From Terriglobia bacterium (lineage in GTDB: Bacteria; Acidobacteriota; Terriglobia; JAJPHL01; JAPKYU01): 64,000 nt of DNA. The notes under the pieces are model-generated. The model did no database searches and was not told the DNA's origin. It saw only the letters and a program-made list of their open reading frames with translations. The stretch is taken from assembly GCA_965206645.1 (NCBI GenBank), contig CBDBKE010000001.1, positions 160,001 through 224,000 of the forward strand, written 5' to 3'. The translations under genes were made by a program, and so were the position numbers. The stretch's first letter is position 1. Each line of letters begins with the position of its first letter. Shown one piece after another: positions 60,951 to 64,000 of this stretch.

Positions 60951-62837
60951 CTACTCGCCACGAACCGGGAGAACTAAACATGATGGGTGCTCAGGATCGT
61001 GATAAACAGTGTTGACTGTGGAAATAACATGGGTGTGGCGTCCTAAAGGCTCCCCGGTGTTCGGGTTTACGTCGTACATGGGAAAATTGCTGCTGGAGAT
61101 ATCCAATCTTATTTTGTGACCCTTGCGGAACAGGTTACTGGTAGCCCAGAGGTCGATGGAGACCTTATAGATGGTTCCCGGTTTCATCAGTTCTTCCCGC
61201 TCCCGAGACTTTCGAAAACGAATGCGGAGTATTCCGTCCTCCAGATTCATCGCGTAGCCCGCTGGGTAGTCATCGGAAGGTGGATAAACGTCGATCAGTT
61301 TGGCGGTAAAATCCGTATCTTTAGCTTCAGAGGAGACCCAGAGGGTAACGCGCATGGGACCAGTGACCTCCATATCATGTGTCAAGGGAGGAGTCGCAAA
61401 GGTCAGAACATCATGCCGCGCCGACAATGGCAGTTGATTGTCGGCGGCGAAGTAGTTGGCTGGCGGCACCTGATTCTGCGCGCCCCTGCGGACCAAATGC
61501 TTCCCGGAGTCAATATTCCCGCCCACCGTCGGCACAGGCTTTCTGGGATCGAATTGAAAGCGGCTTGGGACTGTTGACTCGCGGGCAGTTGCTTGGAGTG
61601 TGCCGTCCCCATGGAGGTAGAACTTTTGCTCCCGGAACCCGCTTGGTGGGCAGGTTTGAGCTTCCTTCCAAACGCCTCCGCTTTGTAAACGGCCATTCTT
61701 GTTCCTGGTCGCATCCCCCCCGCCCATCAGGAAATATTTCACAGGCGGTTCCTGCAAGATACCCATGTCTTTACCCTTCAGAAATTGATCGAACCAGCGT
61801 GCGGCTTCATCCTGAATGGACATCTTGGCCCGGGGACCAAAATCAACATCCCCGGCATGCGTGATCCCCGTACTGTGCGTCCAGGGACCCATACAGAGCT
61901 TCGTAAAGGCGTTCCTTCGGGAAAGTCCCTCAAAATTATTTAATGTTCCCCGTTTAAACAGGTCATACCAACCACCGACAAAATAAATCGGAATCTCCGG
62001 ATAGCGGGAGTGATATTCCTCAAAGTTGTAACCGATCTGCTTCCAATAGTCGTCATAGGCCGGATGCATCCGCCAATCTGCGTACCATCGTTCGTAGGTC
62101 GGTGCCCATTGCAGGGGAGAACCAGATTTCAGCGGCGCCGCGCGGAGCCAGTCAGGCAGGCGGTCATATGCCCGGCGCAGTGCAGCCGCAACCTTGGCAT
62201 CCTTTCGCGCTTCCTTCCCCGTGAAGGCAAGCCGGAAGGCGTATTCCAGGTTATGAAGCAGCGCAAAAGCTCCTCCCCGTCCGGCCCCGTCTTCTATGTA
62301 ATTGGATGTGCCGACAATGACGAACATCGTTTTGAGGTGGGGAGGGCTGTGCACAGCCGGAGCGTTTTGGGTCGCGGCCATGTACGATCTACCATAAGTG
62401 CCTACATCGCCGTTGCACCATGGCTGGCCTGCGACCCATTCAACTGCGTCATATCCGTCCTTTCCCTCGTTTACGTAGATATAGAATTCATCTTCAGAGT
62501 CATACCTGCCGCGCACATCCTGAGTAACAACCGCATATCCTTGCTTGGCGAAAAATTCCCCGGATGAATTCAGGCTATTTTTACCGTAGGGCGTGCGAAT
62601 GAGAATTGCGGGAAACGGCCTAGGGTTGGATTGGCCCTCGGTGGTGGGAAGGTAAATATCGGTGGCCAGCCGAATCCCATCCCGCGTGGGCATCATCCGG
62701 TTCCTAATTACTGTTACGGCTGGAGAGTCGGCACGGGAAGGTTTCGCGCCAAGAAGAAAGATGAAACCAACCAGAACACACAATACGATCCGGAAGAAGG
62801 TCTTGAACGGATGTGTTTGGAGATTCGGACGGGTCAT
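60951..62837 (-). CDS. CocE/NonD family serine hydrolase, secreted
   Basis: RDGIRLATDIY, RTPY, QDVRGR, GRSY, GWYD, GPWTH, SSSNFP. Start estimated. Confidence 0.92.
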   Translation of the reverse strand: MTRPNLQTHPFKTFFRIVLCVLVGFIFLLGAKPSRADSPAVTVIRNRMMPTRDGIRLATDIYLPTTEGQSNPRPFPAILIRTPYGKNSLNSSGEFFAKQGYAVVTQDVRGRYDSEDEFYIYVNEGKDGYDAVEWVAGQPWCNGDVGTYGRSYMAATQNAPAVHSPPHLKTMFVIVGTSNYIEDGAGRGGAFALLHNLEYAFRLAFTGKEARKDAKVAAALRRAYDRLPDWLRAAPLKSGSPLQWAPTYERWYADWRMHPAYDDYWKQIGYNFEEYHSRYPEIPIYFVGGWYDLFKRGTLNNFEGLSRRNAFTKLCMGPWTHSTGITHAGDVDFGPRAKMSIQDEAARWFDQFLKGKDMGILQEPPVKYFLMGGGDATRNKNGRLQSGGVWKEAQTCPPSGFREQKFYLHGDGTLQATARESTVPSRFQFDPRKPVPTVGGNIDSGKHLVRRGAQNQVPPANYFAADNQLPLSARHDVLTFATPPLTHDMEVTGPMRVTLWVSSEAKDTDFTAKLIDVYPPSDDYPAGYAMNLEDGILRIRFRKSREREELMKPGTIYKVSIDLWATSNLFRKGHKIRLDISSSNFPMYDVNPNTGEPLGRHTHVISTVNTVYHDPEHPSCLVLPVRGE

Positions 62838-62937
62838 GGCCACAAACCTCTCAGTTCTGACTTTGTTGATCACTGCCTGCGAGTCAGAGCCATACAGGGT
62901 ATGGCTAGTCGAGAAGGCGGATGTCAAGTTGAAAAGT

Positions 62938-62966
62938 AAAGCGGCAGGTATAATCCCTGCCGCTTT
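62938..62966 (-). terminator. Probable intrinsic terminator (possibly bidirectional)
   Basis: AAAGCGGCAGG-N7-CCTGCCGCTTT. On the minus strand the U-rich run continues as ACTTTTC. Confidence 0.65.
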
Positions 62967-63147
62967 CTGAGCTTTCAGCACACCCAGCTACCTGTCAGAC
63001 AGCCGGTGATCGGTTCCCTATGGCTTCAAGAGCCGTCGTAAAACGTCGCCCATCGCCAGCAGGGCAGTTCCGAATCTCTACCTCTGTCTCTTGCCCGCGC
63101 CTCCCTGTTTGGCGGTGCGCCGGCACCGGCAAGCTGGCTGGGAGGTC

Positions 63148-64000
63148 TCATGCCCGTGTTCCTCCCAGAAACTGCTGGTAGTTCCACATAATTTCCGAAG
63201 CCAGACGACCCCATGGGGGCGGATGGCCGTTCGGCTCGTCCCTCCGCACCGGCAGCCAACCTCGCACTTGTTCCCAGTCTGGCTCCTGCGCCGGCTGCCC
63301 ATTGACGCGGCTGAGCGAATCCGGGAGCCGGCAGAACAGTTCGCCGGCAGCGGCGTAAATCCAGTCGCGGGGCGAAGCATGCCAGCCCAACCGTGTCCAT
63401 TCCGGCCAGTGGCGCCAACTGCGGTGCCATCCGTGCTTGCGAAGCACATACAGCCATCCGTGCAGGCGGCGATGGACCGGCTGGCACCGCATCCACTGCT
63501 GCCGCAATTCCTGTTCAGAAGCATTCGCAGGTGCGCCCGTCAGACGCTCCAGTTCCCATCGCCACAACCGGCGTGCGTAGGCGACTGCTTCGTCCCAGAA
63601 CTCCCACCCCGGCCGGGGATCGCTCTCGGATGGGCATAACTTCCAGCGGGTGCAGGCAGTGACTGTTTCTGAAAACGTGCCAGCGGGAAGGGGATTTGCT
63701 CGGCAGGCAGGTTTTCCACCAGCCCGGCCAGGTGCTTGGCTCGTTCCCGGTAGGTTGGCGCATAGGCCCCGGCAAACAGAAGAAACGAGGTGGCCATGTC
63801 CAGGTAGAGCTTCGTCGTCCGGTAGTACGCCGTGTGCGACATGGTTGCCGAGGCGCCTGGACGCTCCTCGACGGTCTCCAGATGCTCAATCATTCGGTTG
63901 GTGAGCAGGCGCCAGGCGTCTTCCAGGGCAATGTCTAATGGCGAAAGCGTGGGAATCAGCGAGAGCACCTCCGGGTCGCCCCACACCACTTGGCCACAGG
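63148..64000 (-). pseudogene. Hypothetical protein (5' part outside window) with a 1-bp frameshift near 63663
   Basis: Frame 63540-63989 and frame 63148-63567 join into one ORF if one base is added at CAG^TCACT, giving ...ARFQKQVTACTRWKL...LWRWELE. Confidence 0.55.

Overview
GC-rich bacterial chromosome segment. The gene content and neighbourhoods suggest Acidobacteriota, which is an inference. It is mostly core and housekeeping genes: yebC-ruvC, hslVU, hppA, CIRCE-controlled groES-groEL, rsmD-recG, glmU, pta, ggt, asnS, arginase, ddl, folD-coaE and an HtrA protease. Envelope, secreted and TPR proteins are mixed in. There are two plastic zones. At 26-31.3 kb there is a tandem duplication of a promoter plus a secreted TPR gene, and an IS1380 element next to a truncated PilZ gene. 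At 59.7-64 kb a 119-bp MITE-like element joins two truncated genes, followed by a CocE/NonD hydrolase and a frameshifted gene. No rRNA, tRNA, CRISPR array or prophage was seen. The most unusual items are: (1) a sigma54 module pairing an NtrC-type activator with a pseudo-receiver + HisKA-only protein, each gene with its own -24/-12 site and paired enhancer-like palindromes; (2) a voltage-gated channel with a TLEGWNE filter resembling the Ca2+-selective CavMr, directly downstream of an orphan mglA GTPase; (3) several structured intergenic RNA candidates; (4) many short tandem micro-duplications. All calls come from reading motifs by eye. No database searches or folding were run.
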